IMG/VR virus record: IMGVR_UViG_3300029118_000005
Length of the DNA: 64,000 bases
Source: a virus
Strand: one strand, 5' to 3'
Part shown: positions 18,488 through 26,928 of the stretch, piece after piece
Layout of the letters: each line of letters begins with the position of its first letter
Position numbering within the stretch: position 1 is the stretch's first letter
Position numbers and translations under genes: made by a program
The notes under the pieces: generated by a model
Told to the model about the DNA's origin: nothing
Database searches by the model: none
What the model saw: only the letters and a program-made list of their open reading frames with translations

Positions 18488-18760
18488 CTACAATTCAATC
18501 GAACACATTCCAATACACTGTGGTGTGTCAAAAATCTTTTCTCGCATTCGCCTGGTGCAGACATATCTGCCTTCCTTCCAGTTAATGCGCGCGTCTTTTC
18601 CTTCATCGCAGGTTATGGTTAAATCTCCGACATTGAATGGATTTCCGTAGGCTTTCCAGTCTTCGACAATGTAGTGGAACATATCTTCGACAGAATCAAA
18701 GATTCTCATTTCTGCCATTGCATCATTCAAACCGCCTCTGTGTGGTCTATATTTCACCAT
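18488..18760 (-). CDS. Hypothetical protein
   Basis: 90-aa ORF within the operon. Confidence 0.4.
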   Translation of the reverse strand: MVKYRPHRGGLNDAMAEMRIFDSVEDMFHYIVEDWKAYGNPFNVGDLTITCDEGKDARINWKEGRYVCTRRMREKIFDTPQCIGMCSIEL

Positions 18761-18763
18761 GAA

Positions 18764-19033
18764 TCAGTCCTCCTCAAAAGCATAGCCTTTGATTTTATTG
18801 TCAACAAATTGAATCTGGCTAGGATTTACCTCACCCATCGTGCCGTCCTTATACTCTACAAGCCCAAATATCATGCTCATTTGTCCTTCTGGGCAACCGC
18901 CAATGTACAAATCCGCTGCAACAGGCTTTGCAAAATTTTCCCACATATGGAATAACGCTTTCTTTTCTTCGCCATTTTGAGTTACAATACATGGACGAAC
19001 CCCAAAGTTGATTTCTATGTTCTGCATTTGCAC
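18764..19033 (-). CDS. Hypothetical protein
   Basis: 89-aa ORF with TAGGAGGTG RBS. First gene after the operator-bearing intergenic region. Confidence 0.45.
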   Translation of the reverse strand: MQMQNIEINFGVRPCIVTQNGEEKKALFHMWENFAKPVAADLYIGGCPEGQMSMIFGLVEYKDGTMGEVNPSQIQFVDNKIKGYAFEED

Positions 19034-19039
19034 CTCCTA

Positions 19040-19104
19040 GTGTACGTGTATACTTGTATCAACGTACATATATAGCTAGCATAATGTACGTGTATATAGC
19101 TAGC
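19040..19104. promoter_or_regulatory. Operator-like repeats (TGTACGTGTATA x2; TATAGCTAGC x2)
   Basis: Direct repeats read from the sequence. The TATAGCTAGC core also occurs three times at 29.49-29.57 kb. Confidence 0.55.
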
Positions 19105-19121
19105 AAATGTGCGTTGGCAAG

Positions 19122-20132
19122 TTAGAACAAGTGTTTATAGAACAGTATTTCTCGGATGCTGCCAGACATGTAGTGCGATAAACTTTTTACAATCACTCCA
19201 TGTTTGCTGCCGTAATCAGTTTTTAGATATTCTTCAATCAGAACCTTGTTACTTTCAAGGTCATCATAGTCATCCTTCAAGGATTCTGGAGACTTGATGT
19301 AGCTTCGTGTAACTCGTTTAAGGCTCTCATCTGATAGATTCTTAGCGTCAAAGCCCGTAGATGCTTTGTATTGGTGGTTAAACTCAAAAATAATAGCAGT
19401 CAGGCTGTTATATTCCTTGTCAACCCAGTCATTTTCCTGTTGCTCTGTGGTAAAGATGTTTTTCGGATTGTTTGAATACAGTCTGTGAAGCTCATCTTTA
19501 AGAACTGACTCCTTAGACTTGATAAAATCATCTGGATCAACATCAGATTCTTTCTTTTGGGTCTTGTGCACTGAGTTTTGAGCACTTTTAGTGCGCGAAA
19601 CCATGTATTTATCTCTATTGTCAACTTTAGTTGATAATAGAGCATGTTCTTTATCTGTATCACTTAAACTACTGTTATACTTAATATCTATTGTATTACT
19701 TATCTGTGGACTTTTTTCAACCCCACCCTGTTGATTTTTCTCCATACCCCCACATGGATTTTTTTCCATGTTAGAAGAAATAGATTTTTCATTGACAAAA
19801 GAATCAAAAAATTTCTGAGTGAGGATAATGATTCGCTTGTCGATTTCTTTAGTGTTTTCTTTGTATTCAAAGATTCTTTCAATCAATCCCAGTTGTTCAA
19901 ATTTTAAAAGCATCTTTTGGATACTATTTTCTTTTAAGCCAATGAAGTTGGCAAAATGCTTGTTAGAAGCAAAACAGCCTTTGTCTTTTTGAGTAAGGCT
20001 GTATATCTCAATTAACAAGAATTTCTCTCTAGGACTTAAATCCGGTGATAAATAAAGACGTTCTGGAATCCAGATTCCTTTAAAATCTCTGCCCTCCGAT
20101 ATTACTATTTCTTTTTTTGCCTTCTCTGACAT
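19122..20132 (-). CDS. Winged-helix (HTH_36-like) protein, possible replication organizer or regulator
   Basis: The N-terminus IPERLYLSPDLSPREKFLLIEIYSLTQ...CFASNKHFANFIGLKENSIQKMLLKFEQLGLIER follows a typical phage HTH_36 pattern. Confidence 0.45.
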   Translation of the reverse strand: MSEKAKKEIVISEGRDFKGIWIPERLYLSPDLSPREKFLLIEIYSLTQKDKGCFASNKHFANFIGLKENSIQKMLLKFEQLGLIERIFEYKENTKEIDKRIIILTQKFFDSFVNEKSISSNMEKNPCGGMEKNQQGGVEKSPQISNTIDIKYNSSLSDTDKEHALLSTKVDNRDKYMVSRTKSAQNSVHKTQKKESDVDPDDFIKSKESVLKDELHRLYSNNPKNIFTTEQQENDWVDKEYNSLTAIIFEFNHQYKASTGFDAKNLSDESLKRVTRSYIKSPESLKDDYDDLESNKVLIEEYLKTDYGSKHGVIVKSLSHYMSGSIREILFYKHLF

Positions 20133-20232
20133 CTGTTTTACCTCCTGTGCGATAATGTATTCCTGTGATTACAAATCAGTTGCCAGGCAGTCACAGGTTC
20201 TGCTTTTCGGGAGCTACCCTAGGCAACTGGAG

Positions 20233-20316
20233 CGCCGCGAGAAGGATTCGAACCCTCAGTCCTTTTACAGATCACTAGTTTTCAAAACTAGCCCAGTACC
20301 ATTGTGGCATCGCGGC
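20233..20316 (-). tRNA. tRNA-Ser (anticodon UGA)
   Basis: Reverse-strand cloverleaf. Acceptor is GCCGCGA/TCGCGGC. Anticodon stem CTAGT/ACTAG carries loop TTTGAAA. The variable arm is 17 nt and the T arm is GAGGG-TTCGAAT-CCTTC. No CCA is encoded. Confidence 0.8.
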
Positions 20317-20320
20317 AAGA

Positions 20321-20405
20321 CGCAATCGACAGGGGTTGAACCTGTAAGCCGAAGAAACGACCGACTCCTTAGCGGGGAGTTCCAATACCATTATGGGACG
20401 ATTGC
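20321..20405 (-). tRNA. tRNA-Ser (anticodon GCU), with C at position 33
   Basis: Acceptor is GCAATCG/CGATTGC. Anticodon stem ACTCC/GGAGT carries loop CCGCTAA. The variable arm is 18 nt and the T arm is ACAGG-TTCAACC-CCTGT. Confidence 0.7.
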
Positions 20406-20411
20406 AAAAAG

Positions 20412-21224
20412 TTAAATATTCCTCCATTCATCTTCCGAATATTCTTTTATTTCAGTTGACTTTTTAGGTAAATTGTATTTATCACACCATTTACGTATCG
20501 CATTGTCCGACACACCAAACATAATTCCGATCTGAGTAAATGGAACAGTCCTGATTAGTCTCTTTAACTCCTCACGGGTTATATTTCTTAATGGAGTGAT
20601 CGTTTTCTTTGGAGACTTTTTCTTCTTTTTCTTTTTTCTGTGATATTTTGAATAACAAAGATAGCAAAGATTGCTTTTATTGTTTTTTCTAATCGTTTTA
20701 CCACATTTTTTACATGTGTTTCTAGCTCTCTCTTTTATTCTTTCTTTTACTTTTTCTGAATTATATACTCCGAAGTTGTCTGTTAAACTATGACAATTAG
20801 GACATAGAATTTGCAAGTTTTCCAACGAATTGTTATCATGATTTCCATCAATATGATGTAATTGTAATTTAATCGGTTTTCCCATCCATTCGGAATTTCC
20901 ACACAATTCGCATCTTTTTTCTTTATACCCAAGTTCTATGAGCTTATTTTTAAGTTTGTGACTATTAACTTTTGTATTTGGCATCAACTTTGACTGAATG
21001 TCATAAACTTCCTTTCGATTTTGGTTGCATTTCAGTATATAATTGCGTTTATTTTCTTCAAATTTAGTGGTATCTAAATTGTATTCTTCTATGATTCTTT
21101 TTAGTGTTACAGTACTACTCGCACTTTTTATTCCTGCTAATTCCAATATTGATTTATATGTACTATGCGTGTCAATCAAGGATTGTAATTCTTCAGGAGT
21201 GAAATTATACAGCTTACTACTCAT
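20412..21224 (-). CDS. HNH homing endonuclease with C-terminal HTH
   Basis: CELCG...LHHIDGNHDNNSLENLQILCPNCH is the HNH motif. Inserted between the two tRNA groups. Confidence 0.8.
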   Translation of the reverse strand: MSSKLYNFTPEELQSLIDTHSTYKSILELAGIKSASSTVTLKRIIEEYNLDTTKFEENKRNYILKCNQNRKEVYDIQSKLMPNTKVNSHKLKNKLIELGYKEKRCELCGNSEWMGKPIKLQLHHIDGNHDNNSLENLQILCPNCHSLTDNFGVYNSEKVKERIKERARNTCKKCGKTIRKNNKSNLCYLCYSKYHRKKKKKKKSPKKTITPLRNITREELKRLIRTVPFTQIGIMFGVSDNAIRKWCDKYNLPKKSTEIKEYSEDEWRNI

Positions 21225-21281
21225 TTAGACTCCTTTTTATATCGTAAGAGAATTCTTATAAGAATTATCTGTTGCTAATAT

Positions 21282-21352
21282 TGCGGAGAGATGGACTTGA
21301 ACCATCAACTCTGGCGTATGAAGCCAGCAAGCTCCCTTTGCTCTATCCCGCA
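21282..21352 (-). tRNA. tRNA-Met-like (anticodon CAU), imperfect acceptor stem
   Basis: Anticodon stem CTGGC/GCCAG carries loop TTCATAC. T arm is GATGG-TTCAAGT-CCATC and D arm is GAGC-AAAGGGA-GCTT. The acceptor strands pair only partly in either register. Confidence 0.45.
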
Positions 21353-21353
21353 G

Positions 21354-21425
21354 TGAGTGATAGGAGACTCGAACTCCACAGTCTTAATTAAAGGTTAAGT
21401 GCTCTACCAGCTGAGCTAATGGCAC
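21354..21425 (-). tRNA. tRNA-Lys-like (anticodon UUU), poorly paired acceptor stem (possible pseudo-tRNA)
   Basis: D arm is GCTC-AGCTGGTA-GAGC. Anticodon stem CTTAA/TTAAG carries loop CCTTTAA, and the T loop is TTCGAGT. Acceptor GTGCCAT versus ATCACTC pairs at about 4 of 7 positions. Confidence 0.4.
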
Positions 21426-21427
21426 AA

Positions 21428-21498
21428 CAGGGCTAGTTGGACTCGAACCAACAGTGCAGGAATCAAAATCCTGTGCCTTACCATTTGGCGATAACCCC
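21428..21498 (-). tRNA. tRNA-Gln (anticodon UUG)
   Basis: Acceptor is GGGGTTA/TAGCCCT (two G-U pairs). D arm is GCC-AAATGGTAA-GGC. Anticodon stem CAGGA/TCCTG carries loop TTTTGAT. T arm is GTTGG-TTCGAGT-CCAAC. Confidence 0.8.
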
Positions 21499-21513
21499 AG
21501 CGTGATCTTATCC

Positions 21514-21681
21514 TCACAAACCACTGGCTGTCAAGACAAGATTTATTGCAAAGAACACAGAAAGCACTACAGAACTGATAAGTCTTTCTCTGGATCTTTT
21601 TTCGTTAAGCCACCCTATAATGGTGATCAGCATAAAGATGTTGAAAAGAGATGCCAGAATGCGGAGAATAAGAACAAACAT
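21514..21681 (-). CDS. Small two-TM membrane protein (55 aa)
   Basis: The ATG overlaps the MazG stop (TAATG). Sequence is MFVLILRILASLFNIFMLITIIGWLNEKRSRERLISSVVLSVFFAINLVLTASGL. Below the ORF-track length cutoff. Confidence 0.35.
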   Translation of the reverse strand: MFVLILRILASLFNIFMLITIIGWLNEKRSRERLISSVVLSVFFAINLVLTASGL

Positions 21682-22022
21682 TAAATATCCCCTTCCTTTC
21701 TGTGGAGTGAATTTTCAGCTTTGAAGCCGTCAGGATAGCGTTCCCAAAGCTTCTTGTTATTTTTAATCGCAATATCCTCAAGAGAGGTATCAAGTGCCTC
21801 AGCAGTAAGTGCCAGATAATACAGCACATCGCCACACTCCTTGATAAGATGCTCTCTATCAAATGGATGCCCCTGAAAAATCTGCTTTTTAAGAAGATCA
21901 ACAAGCTCACCTGCTTCACCTGCAGTACCAAGGATACCATTCATAAGCATGTTTTCCTTTGTTGCTTTTGTTACGTCTGATGCGGTTCTCATTACACCGC
22001 GCTGATATTCATTAAATGTCAT
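21681..22022 (-). CDS. mazG: MazG-like nucleotide pyrophosphohydrolase
   Basis: GTAGEAGELVDLLKK and KECGDVLYYLA are MazG EXXE-type motifs. 113 aa. Confidence 0.75.
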   Translation of the reverse strand: MTFNEYQRGVMRTASDVTKATKENMLMNGILGTAGEAGELVDLLKKQIFQGHPFDREHLIKECGDVLYYLALTAEALDTSLEDIAIKNNKKLWERYPDGFKAENSLHRKEGDI

Positions 22023-22744
22023 TTTGTTTCCTTTCCAGTGATAAGATCACTATACGGCAATGTTTCAATCCAGTCGCAAAAATCTCGCCATTCGTCCAGT
22101 TTATGGTTTTGACGGGACTTATGAATATTTGCCAAAACCTCATAATTCAGCATAACATTCCTAGTCTGATTATAGCTACTCGGCAATAGCTGAATCATCT
22201 GCCACCAGATATCCTTTTTGCTCGGGCATCCATTGATTTCAAAGTCATCTGGATTATAGTTGGCATACATTTTTCTATAATCATTCAATGCTTTTATTGT
22301 TTCTTCCAAAATTCTGCGTGTTCGAACATCAAGGTGATCGTGACTAAAATCGTCCCATGTAAATTCTTTCTCAGCAATCCTATGCATAGTACTACATGAA
22401 TTTGCAACTGTACCGACCTTGTAAGTATCAAATTCTTTCCACCAATAAAGTGGTGCTGTAATACGGACATAAACCGGCATCATCCGCATATATTTACGAT
22501 GATCTGTTCCGGATTTAGCCAATTTGAGCATGAGTGTGCGATCATTATAGCCAAGTTTATATTCCCCATTTCGTGGGCAAAGATCGTCTCCAGTGCATTC
22601 GGCATTACACAATTCTTCACAATAATAAACACATTGATAACCACTATCACTTTTATTCCAACTATTCATTGGATTCCGTATCCCTTCGATTACAAATTGC
22701 ATCTGGTCAGGACTCGGTAACACAGCATGTTCTAATTTAATCAT
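22019..22744 (-). CDS. Conserved phage protein, possibly a divergent ThyX-like fold
   Basis: The segment ITAPLYWWKEFDTYKVGTVANSCSTMH loosely parallels the ThyX core, but no RHR motif is present. This is a weak call. Confidence 0.3.
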   Translation of the reverse strand: MIKLEHAVLPSPDQMQFVIEGIRNPMNSWNKSDSGYQCVYYCEELCNAECTGDDLCPRNGEYKLGYNDRTLMLKLAKSGTDHRKYMRMMPVYVRITAPLYWWKEFDTYKVGTVANSCSTMHRIAEKEFTWDDFSHDHLDVRTRRILEETIKALNDYRKMYANYNPDDFEINGCPSKKDIWWQMIQLLPSSYNQTRNVMLNYEVLANIHKSRQNHKLDEWRDFCDWIETLPYSDLITGKETK

Positions 22745-23028
22745 AAAAACTCCTCTGCGTTGAATGCTTCTTTTTCACATTCGATAAAATATTCCAAAAT
22801 TTTATCGAAAAATACATATTCGAAATATTCCGGAAGTTGACGAGTGTCAAGGTTTTCCGGTAAACAAAGCTCAAAAGCATAGTTAAAGCGGTGCAGAGTA
22901 CCATCATATAATTTTTTATTAAAAGTAACAGTTATGTGGTTAAAACACGGTGGCAAAGCTTTAGCATCAATTCCAAAAGACTTGCTAAGCTTGATTAGCA
23001 CAGAAATGCATTTGTCTATATTACTCAT
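22741..23028 (-). CDS. Hypothetical protein
   Basis: 95-aa ORF with overlapping stop/start junctions to its neighbours. Confidence 0.4.
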   Translation of the reverse strand: MSNIDKCISVLIKLSKSFGIDAKALPPCFNHITVTFNKKLYDGTLHRFNYAFELCLPENLDTRQLPEYFEYVFFDKILEYFIECEKEAFNAEEFL

Positions 23029-23041
23029 AGATGTTCCTTTC

Positions 23042-23269
23042 TTATCGAGTTGCTGACAAAATAATCTTGTTATTACACTGCGGGCAGATGATGTAATACT
23101 CTTTCGCTTGAATAGGTTTTGGCAGTGAATAGTCTAGCTCAGCAGCTAATGATTCACAAGACGGTAATGTGTTTTTTTGGACATCAGTTGCCTCATCATA
23201 ACTTAAAAGTGCACCGCAATGCGAGCAACCAATTTGCTGTAATGTACCAGGTTTCAGAATTTTTATCAT
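23042..23269 (-). CDS. Zinc-ribbon protein
   Basis: CSHCG ... CPQCN pairs in 75 aa. Confidence 0.45.
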   Translation of the reverse strand: MIKILKPGTLQQIGCSHCGALLSYDEATDVQKNTLPSCESLAAELDYSLPKPIQAKEYYIICPQCNNKIILSATR

Positions 23270-23544
23270 TCCACATATCCTCCTAAATTTCGGTTAATCA
23301 CCTTGTCAACCTCGACAGACTTGACGATAAAGTGTTCACTGATTTCTTTTTCAATTTCAGAATCACTTATTCCATCGTAGTATCTAGCATGGTCGCGATA
23401 TTCATTTATGGTTTTTTTATATTTAACTTTTGTTTGCTCAATAGCGGCTTTTACTTTATCTTTGGACTGAAAGACACCAATCAATTTGAGCAAAGAACCA
23501 TAGGAATCAAAATAGGAATCAAAAGTTAAAACGAAAACTTTCAT
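23266..23544 (-). CDS. Hypothetical protein
   Basis: 92-aa ORF, coupled to the downstream gene. Confidence 0.4.
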   Translation of the reverse strand: MKVFVLTFDSYFDSYGSLLKLIGVFQSKDKVKAAIEQTKVKYKKTINEYRDHARYYDGISDSEIEKEISEHFIVKSVEVDKVINRNLGGYVE

Positions 23545-23552
23545 AAGACCCC

Positions 23553-23984
23553 CTAGCTTCGCTTTGAGGCAAAATCTTTAAGTGTTCCAAGAAGTGCCTC
23601 TTTTGACCCAAATTCTGGAAGCTCCAAGATTAAAGCAGCTCTACAAAAGCTGATTGTAGCATCAAGCCCCAAAACAAGCTCTAATTGCTCTAGCTGTTCT
23701 TTACCTATAGTATTTGCCATTGAATGAGCTGAAATTGATTGTGGGGCATTCTGTGGCTTTACAGCGGTATTTTGAGAACTTGACTTAGCAGCCATTATAT
23801 TATTCTGCTGCTTAGCCTTAACCATAAAGTCCAAAATGTACTGACAAAGCTCTTGACGCTCTTTACATGCTTTTATTTTATTTGCATCTGGATTAGGCGC
23901 AGCTGAGAAATCGTTGATCTGCTTTTGATATCCAGAAATGACACCTTGTAACCATGTTGTTGCATTCTCAAATTTTGTTGCCAT
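23553..23984 (-). CDS. Hypothetical protein
   Basis: 143-aa ORF with GGAGGAG RBS. Confidence 0.45.
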   Translation of the reverse strand: MATKFENATTWLQGVISGYQKQINDFSAAPNPDANKIKACKERQELCQYILDFMVKAKQQNNIMAAKSSSQNTAVKPQNAPQSISAHSMANTIGKEQLEQLELVLGLDATISFCRAALILELPEFGSKEALLGTLKDFASKRS

Positions 23985-23992
23985 TACTCCTC

Positions 23993-24184
23993 CTATTCAT
24001 CCAAAGGGGATATTGCTTTAACAAACTCGCGAGGAAAGAAAGCTTTTGAGCTAGAAGTGCAAGATGCGTAAAACAATTCTTCGTTGGTTAGATAGCCATA
24101 GTATCCGTCTTGTGGATTACAATAAGCTTCTATTGTTTCGCTTGTGCCGTCAATAAATTTAACTAAAACTAATTTTCTTTCCAT
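23993..24184 (-). CDS. Hypothetical protein
   Basis: 63-aa ORF within the operon. Confidence 0.35.
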   Translation of the reverse strand: MERKLVLVKFIDGTSETIEAYCNPQDGYYGYLTNEELFYASCTSSSKAFFPREFVKAISPLDE

Positions 24185-24187
24185 TGC

Positions 24188-24400
24188 TTATTCCTCCGGC
24201 ATGTAGTAGATATCTGGTGAGAAGCTAGAAGCGGAAATATTTAATTCCTCAAATACCTCGGCTGCTCTGGCTGGAGTCTTATACTCTGCAAGTACCATGT
24301 CTTGGTTTGCAGTCCTTGCAAAGATAGTTTCATCACGTCTCAGCAAAGCAACGTTACAAAACTCAACAGATTTGGTTTTACACTGTGAAATGATTCTCAT
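24188..24400 (-). CDS. Hypothetical protein
   Basis: 70-aa ORF within the operon. Confidence 0.35.
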   Translation of the reverse strand: MRIISQCKTKSVEFCNVALLRRDETIFARTANQDMVLAEYKTPARAAEVFEELNISASSFSPDIYYMPEE

Positions 24401-24560
24401 TAGATAACCTCCTGTTCTTGTGTTCTATCTGGCATGTAACCATTTGGGTAACGTTTATTCGTTTACGATTGATTCCGTGTCCTTCACGGCACAACTGGCA
24501 AACCAGTATGTCACCGCAATGCTGACATTCATCGGTTATTTCTTTTGTTGATATTTTCAT
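24378..24560 (-). CDS. Small zinc-ribbon protein
   Basis: Likely start is ATG 24560, overlapping the upstream TGA (ATGA). Contains the motif CQHCGDILVCQLC. Confidence 0.35.
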   Translation of the reverse strand: MKISTKEITDECQHCGDILVCQLCREGHGINRKRINVTQMVTCQIEHKNRRLSNENHFTV

Positions 24561-25336
24561 TGGCTTGATAAATTTTTGGCAGCTATTGCGTTTTCGTCGA
24601 TTAGACCATGTTCGATCCACTTTTCGACAAATCGAGCTTTTAGTGCTGAAAGCTCTGCTTCCATGTTGTCTTCTAGCGCAGCTCTATAATCATCAACTAG
24701 CACTCTTGCTGTGAATATAATCTCTTCTGTTAGGGAATCCGCATCGTCTAACATGGCATCATACATCTCTTCAAAATCTGATTTTGAAGAATAAAAATCT
24801 CCTCTGAGAAGGGACTTCCCAAATTCGATTAACGCTTTTCCACTTTGTTCAATGTCCTTTAATATTTCTTCAGAATTATCTTCAAATAGAATGCCTTTAT
24901 CTGAAACTATGAATTTGGCAATCTGATCCACACTTACAGTAAATACTTCTGTATTTGGAATCCTGAACTTTGAAAAATGTTGATGTAGTTTCTTTTCGTT
25001 TTCTTTATAGTTTGTATGCCATGGACTGATTAGAATTTTATCTACTGGGCATTGCATGTAGTCATTGATGTAATGTGTTAAGATAGAAGTTCTGTTTGCT
25101 GGAAATGAGGACATTCCAATTTTGCTGACTCCATTTCCATACCCAATAGCATATATAATTCCCACAACAGAATTAGGTTTCTCTTTTTGAAGGTCTTTGA
25201 TTTTATTAAATTCATTCTCTTCAAATATTTTTATATTATTCATATAAACACCTACCTTCCTGGTATGCCTTGGCATTATGGCAAAGAAACTGTCAAGGCT
25301 CACAGCTTTCGGGTCGCGATTCCCTATCTTTGCCAT
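24557..25336 (-). CDS. T5orf172 / GIY-YIG-superfamily domain protein
   Basis: GIIYAIGYGNGVSKIGMSSFPANR...LHQHFSKFRIPNTEVF fits the T5orf172 pattern. Confidence 0.5.
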   Translation of the reverse strand: MAKIGNRDPKAVSLDSFFAIMPRHTRKVGVYMNNIKIFEENEFNKIKDLQKEKPNSVVGIIYAIGYGNGVSKIGMSSFPANRTSILTHYINDYMQCPVDKILISPWHTNYKENEKKLHQHFSKFRIPNTEVFTVSVDQIAKFIVSDKGILFEDNSEEILKDIEQSGKALIEFGKSLLRGDFYSSKSDFEEMYDAMLDDADSLTEEIIFTARVLVDDYRAALEDNMEAELSALKARFVEKWIEHGLIDENAIAAKNLSSQ

Positions 25337-25657
25337 ATGTGTAGTTACGAGCTAAAAGGGGCTTTTTATTTTGGAAAAATATTTTGGGGACTAAGTAGCC
25401 CCATGCCGGGGGCATGCTCTCAGACCCCTACACCCCCTTTTTGTGTGATCATCTGGCAGCTGCGCAGCTGGTCGCGGCTCCTGATCCTATGGCGGCAAAA
25501 CCTAAATTGTGTGCATTTGTATATACAAAAGCAACAGTGTTTTGCTGCCCTGGTCTGAGTATACGCACCATTGACCGTTAAAAGTTCGTATAATAAAGAT
25601 TATACGTACTCTATGTTACTTTGAAGATTAACACAGATCAAGAAACCTTGACTAATC

Positions 25658-26233
25658 TTAATTTAAATCGTCAGATAATTTAAAATCCGATAGTTTAGGG
25701 GCTTCTGGTTCTGCGTCAATGACTTTTTCCCACTCTTCCGCCGTTATCTGCTTGGCCTCCGGTGCTGTCTCAGCTGATAAGCGGAACTCTGACGCGTTGA
25801 CATAGTCGCTATTGTTAGTAAGATCAAAAATTGCAAGCACTGGTGGCATTTTGCCAGCAAGTGCAAGCTGCTTTTTACAAGCTGTGATGATGCCTTTGTA
25901 AAATGCAATGGCATTTTGCCAGTCTTCGCCGCGTTTTTCGTAGTTGAGAATAGTTTTTCTTGTGATACCCAGATATGTGGCCCATGATTCAACGTCAGGA
26001 ATCAGCCGCATTTCGCCCCTTCGGTTGATATCTCGAACTTGTGCAAAGTAGCTGCGTGAAGCTACTTGAAACTCTTCTAGCCCGTCTTCGCTGTTTTCGA
26101 ACGCTTGTGGTGCTCCACACCTGCGGCTTCTGGGGCGATCAAGGGCAGATGATAGAATTGCGTCTAGCTCGTCCCCTTCCATAGTCTCAGCTACATCTTG
26201 CAGACTGGGCATTCTTTTCCCACCTCTTGGCAT
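25658..26233 (-). CDS. Terminase small subunit-like HTH protein
   Basis: The HTH WATYLGITRKTILNYEKRG is followed by ...GKMPPVLAIFDLTNN, as in TerS families. Strong GGAGG RBS. Lies 12 kb away from terL. Confidence 0.45.
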   Translation of the reverse strand: MPRGGKRMPSLQDVAETMEGDELDAILSSALDRPRSRRCGAPQAFENSEDGLEEFQVASRSYFAQVRDINRRGEMRLIPDVESWATYLGITRKTILNYEKRGEDWQNAIAFYKGIITACKKQLALAGKMPPVLAIFDLTNNSDYVNASEFRLSAETAPEAKQITAEEWEKVIDAEPEAPKLSDFKLSDDLN

Positions 26234-26310
26234 TCTATGCCGCCTCCTTCCTTTCTAGCTTTTTGTCGTGAATAAATATGGTTAAACCTTAGCCTTTCCC
26301 CTTCAAACGT

Positions 26311-26352
26311 CTTCTAGCCGCCTTCTGTGCCCTTCTAGCGCCCTTCTGTGTG
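26311..26352. repeat. Two tandem 21-bp repeats (CTTCTAGCCGCCTTCTGTGCC / CTTCTAGCGCCCTTCTGTGTG)
   Basis: Read directly, about 80 bp upstream of the TerS-like start. Confidence 0.8.
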
Positions 26353-26520
26353 TGCTCATCGTGTCCAGCTCTCGTCTGTGTCCGTCCTGGCTGTCTGTCC
26401 TGACTGTGTGCCGTCCTCATCTGCCGCCTGTCTGTGTATCTCTCGTCTGTTGGCTGTCTCTGGCTTGATCATCTGTCAGTTGTCAACTGTCAGCTCCTGC
26501 ACTCTGTATCTGTATATACT
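26340..26520. repeat. Strand-asymmetric CTGT/CTGTC-rich, A-poor low-complexity tract
   Basis: Recurring words are TCTCGTCTGT, GGCTGTCT and CTGTCAG. Contains the palindrome CAGTTG-T-CAACTG near 26477-26489. Confidence 0.75.
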
Positions 26521-26765
26521 TAGATACACTATACACATACCTACTTACTAGATATCTATATACAGTACATACAGATATACTATACATATACCTTGTACAT
26601 ACTGTATCTATACATACTCACCTTATATATACTGTACATATATACCTTATACAGACATACTTAATATATATTATCAGATAATATATTAAATATACCGATA
26701 GTATATTAAATATATATACCATATACATATACAGTAAATATATATACTGTATATATTATATATAA
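26520..26765. repeat. G-poor TATACA/ATACTGTA low-complexity tract
   Basis: Many ATACTGTAT / ATACAGTAT words. Includes a perfect inverted repeat TACAGTA-N8-TACTGTA at 26730-26751. Confidence 0.75.
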
Positions 26766-26797
26766 GGAAGCGACACGGAAAAGCTGTAGGCCTGGGG

Positions 26798-26928
26798 AAA
26801 AGAAAAAAGCCCACGACCAGAAAAAGAAGCACCGTGTTTCAGCACGGCTTGGAATCTTTTCCGATCATGGGCTATATACTCTATATATCCATATCTAGGC
26901 TACATATAAATACTATATATAGTAGCTT
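26798..26928 (-). ncRNA. Candidate small RNA ending in a long branched terminator
   Basis: Minus-strand promoter has TTGATT (26958-26963), 17 nt, then TATTAT (26935-26940). The outer stem GCCCAUGAUCGG/CUGGUCGUGGGC pairs fully only in the minus-strand RNA (three G-U pairs). It encloses hairpin AAGCCGUG/CACGGUGCUU and is followed by UUUUUUCUUUU. Confidence 0.35.

Noticed and set aside
20162-20229. Possible sixth tRNA or tRNA fragment downstream of tRNA-Ser(UGA), with stems CCTGTGA/TCACAGG and CAGTTGCC/GGCAACTG
   Set aside because: It is too short between the putative acceptor strands (about 35 nt) and has no T-loop (GTTCRA) or D-loop signature. It is more likely a processing or terminator hairpin. 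tRNAscan should confirm.
20155-20415. Plus-strand ORFs 20155..20415 and 21454..21684
   Set aside because: They run antisense across the tRNA genes. There is no RBS, and the tRNA cloverleaves explain the sequence.
25395-25450. Hairpins GGGGACT..AGCCCC and CATGCC-GGG-GGCATG in the 320-bp GC-rich spacer after the TerS-like gene, as a possible I-E-like solitary repeat or sRNA
   Set aside because: There is no resemblance to I-E repeat tails (ATAAACCG / TGATCC), and I could not define a clear promoter or U-tract. It is most simply a transcript-stabilising or termination structure.
26730-26751. TACAGTA-N8-TACTGTA palindrome resembling an SOS (LexA) box
   Set aside because: The half-site orientation is the reverse of the E. 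coli CTGT-N8-ACAG box. Firmicute LexA boxes (CGAAC-N4-GTTCG) are different. It also sits in a tract where such words arise from low complexity.
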